Under the pieces are notes generated by a model that was given only the letters and a program-made list of their open reading frames with translations, made no database searches and was not told the origin of the DNA. A stretch of DNA of 15,939 nt from Candidatus Thorarchaeota archaeon. Its GTDB lineage: Archaea > Asgardarchaeota > Thorarchaeia > Thorarchaeales > Thorarchaeaceae. Below, piece after piece: positions 15,373-15,939 of the stretch (its first letter is position 1; every line of letters begins with the position of its first letter). Location of the stretch: contig JBHLRZ010000053.1 of NCBI GenBank assembly GCA_048882045.1, positions 1-15,939 on the forward strand, given 5' to 3'. Made by a program: the position numbers and the translations under genes.

Positions 15373-15446
15373 GCATTCTATCTATAATTGACCGCAGTTG
15401 ACATTAAAACATTAGGAGGTGGCGCGGCGCGCTTTTTCCTTTTACA
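15304..15446 (+). repeat. Imperfect direct repeat, 2 copies: AAAACATTAGG(T/A)GGTGGCGCGGC at 15304-15326 and 15406-15428, each followed downstream by TTTTCCTTTT(G/A)CA
   Basis: 22 of 23 nt identical; the second copy lacks the internal segment between two GCGGC microhomologies. Confidence 0.85.
15312..15372 (+). terminator. GC-rich branched hairpin followed by TTTTCCTTTT
   Basis: GGCGC (15319-15323) / GCGCC (15354-15358) plus AGGTG/CACCT; inner GCAATGC/GCGTTGC; T-tract at 15363-15372. Confidence 0.5.
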
Positions 15447-15492
15447 CTTAATAGGAGGTTGTGGAGTACACTTCTCTACTTGGGTGGCTGAG

Positions 15493-15939
15493 ATGGAAGA
15501 TAGCATTGAACCCCCAGTCTGGGATCTTTCACCTCTTGTCGAGAGTCATGACTCGGAAAATGTAAAGAGGTTAATGGATGATTCATTGAAACAGACTGAA
15601 GTATTTGAAAGAAAGTACAAGGGCCGAATCAAAGAACTAATCCCTGCAGATATTCATGTCCTCCATAAGGAATTGGATTCGATCTTAACGTCTTGGATGC
15701 ATATCTTCCGTTATGCATTCCTTAGGCAGAGCCAAGATGGAGAAGATAGGATAGCAAATGACTTGCGTGCATATTCGATGAAGATTGATACCGAGATTAA
15801 ATCGAAGATCATCTTCTTCGATATTGAGATTTCTAGAACTCTTGTGGATAGACCTGATATTGTTCAACATCCAGATGTAGAAGAATATAGGCACGCATTA
15901 GAGAAAGCAACAGAGAGGGGAAAATACCTGCTCTCTGAG
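15493..15939 (+). CDS. pepF: Oligoendopeptidase F (peptidase M3B), N-terminal part; runs off the window (absent from the supplied ORF track)
   Basis: Manual translation MEDSIEPPVWDLSPLVES...FERKYKGRI...FRYAFLRQSQD...IFFDIEI...EEYRHALEKATERGKYLLSE with no stop. WDLS, YKG, YA.L, F..EI, Y.H.LE and LSE are the PepF N-terminal pattern. SD-like GGGTGG at 15482-15487. The HEXXH motif lies outside the window. Confidence 0.85.
   Translation, partial: MEDSIEPPVWDLSPLVESHDSENVKRLMDDSLKQTEVFERKYKGRIKELIPADIHVLHKELDSILTSWMHIFRYAFLRQSQDGEDRIANDLRAYSMKIDTEIKSKIIFFDIEISRTLVDRPDIVQHPDVEEYRHALEKATERGKYLLSE

Noticed and set aside
15093-15401. ORFs 15093-15401 (102 aa) and 15136-15387 (83 aa)
   Set aside because: Arg/Cys/Trp-rich composition unlike neighbouring genes, no SD or recognisable motif, and they overlie the paired RNA structure; probably spurious.
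15304-15428. CRISPR mini-array or DGR template/variable repeat pair
   Set aside because: Only two copies with a 79-nt gap that is itself partly repeated; no cas or reverse transcriptase gene; the single mismatch is not inside a coding variable region.

Overview
Archaeal chromosomal window, most likely Asgard (Thorarchaeia-like). The taxon is inferred from gene content: a giant Ig-repeat surface protein, a Rab-like fold, a eukaryote-like PPP phosphatase and archaeal TATA/SD signals. From left to right: (1) 3' part of a very large, sequon-rich single-pass surface protein with about 11 Ig-like repeats and a duplicated helical cytoplasmic module; (2) tyrosyl-tRNA synthetase; (3) a minus-strand operon DUF362 - polyprenyl-phosphate phosphoribosyltransferase (UbiA/DPPR-synthase type) - PHP phosphoesterase - UPF0104/LPG-synthase-TM flippase-like protein, which looks like a lipid-linked pentose pathway; (4) a minus-strand cluster of a catalytically degenerate Rab-like protein with a Cys cluster, a TIGR00725/SLOG protein, a PPP Ser/Thr phosphatase and a small membrane protein; (5) a cupin, a 3-TM acidic-tail protein and a 606-aa PIN/helical/OB-like protein; (6) a ~680-bp intergenic region holding an unclassified, highly structured + strand RNA candidate (about 15112-15372) with its own TATA box, a competing 3' hairpin/U-tract and a partial duplicate of its 3' end; (7) the 5' part of oligoendopeptidase F. 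No tRNA, rRNA, CRISPR array or transposase was recognised. All family calls come from motif reading by eye and all RNA folds from manual pairing.
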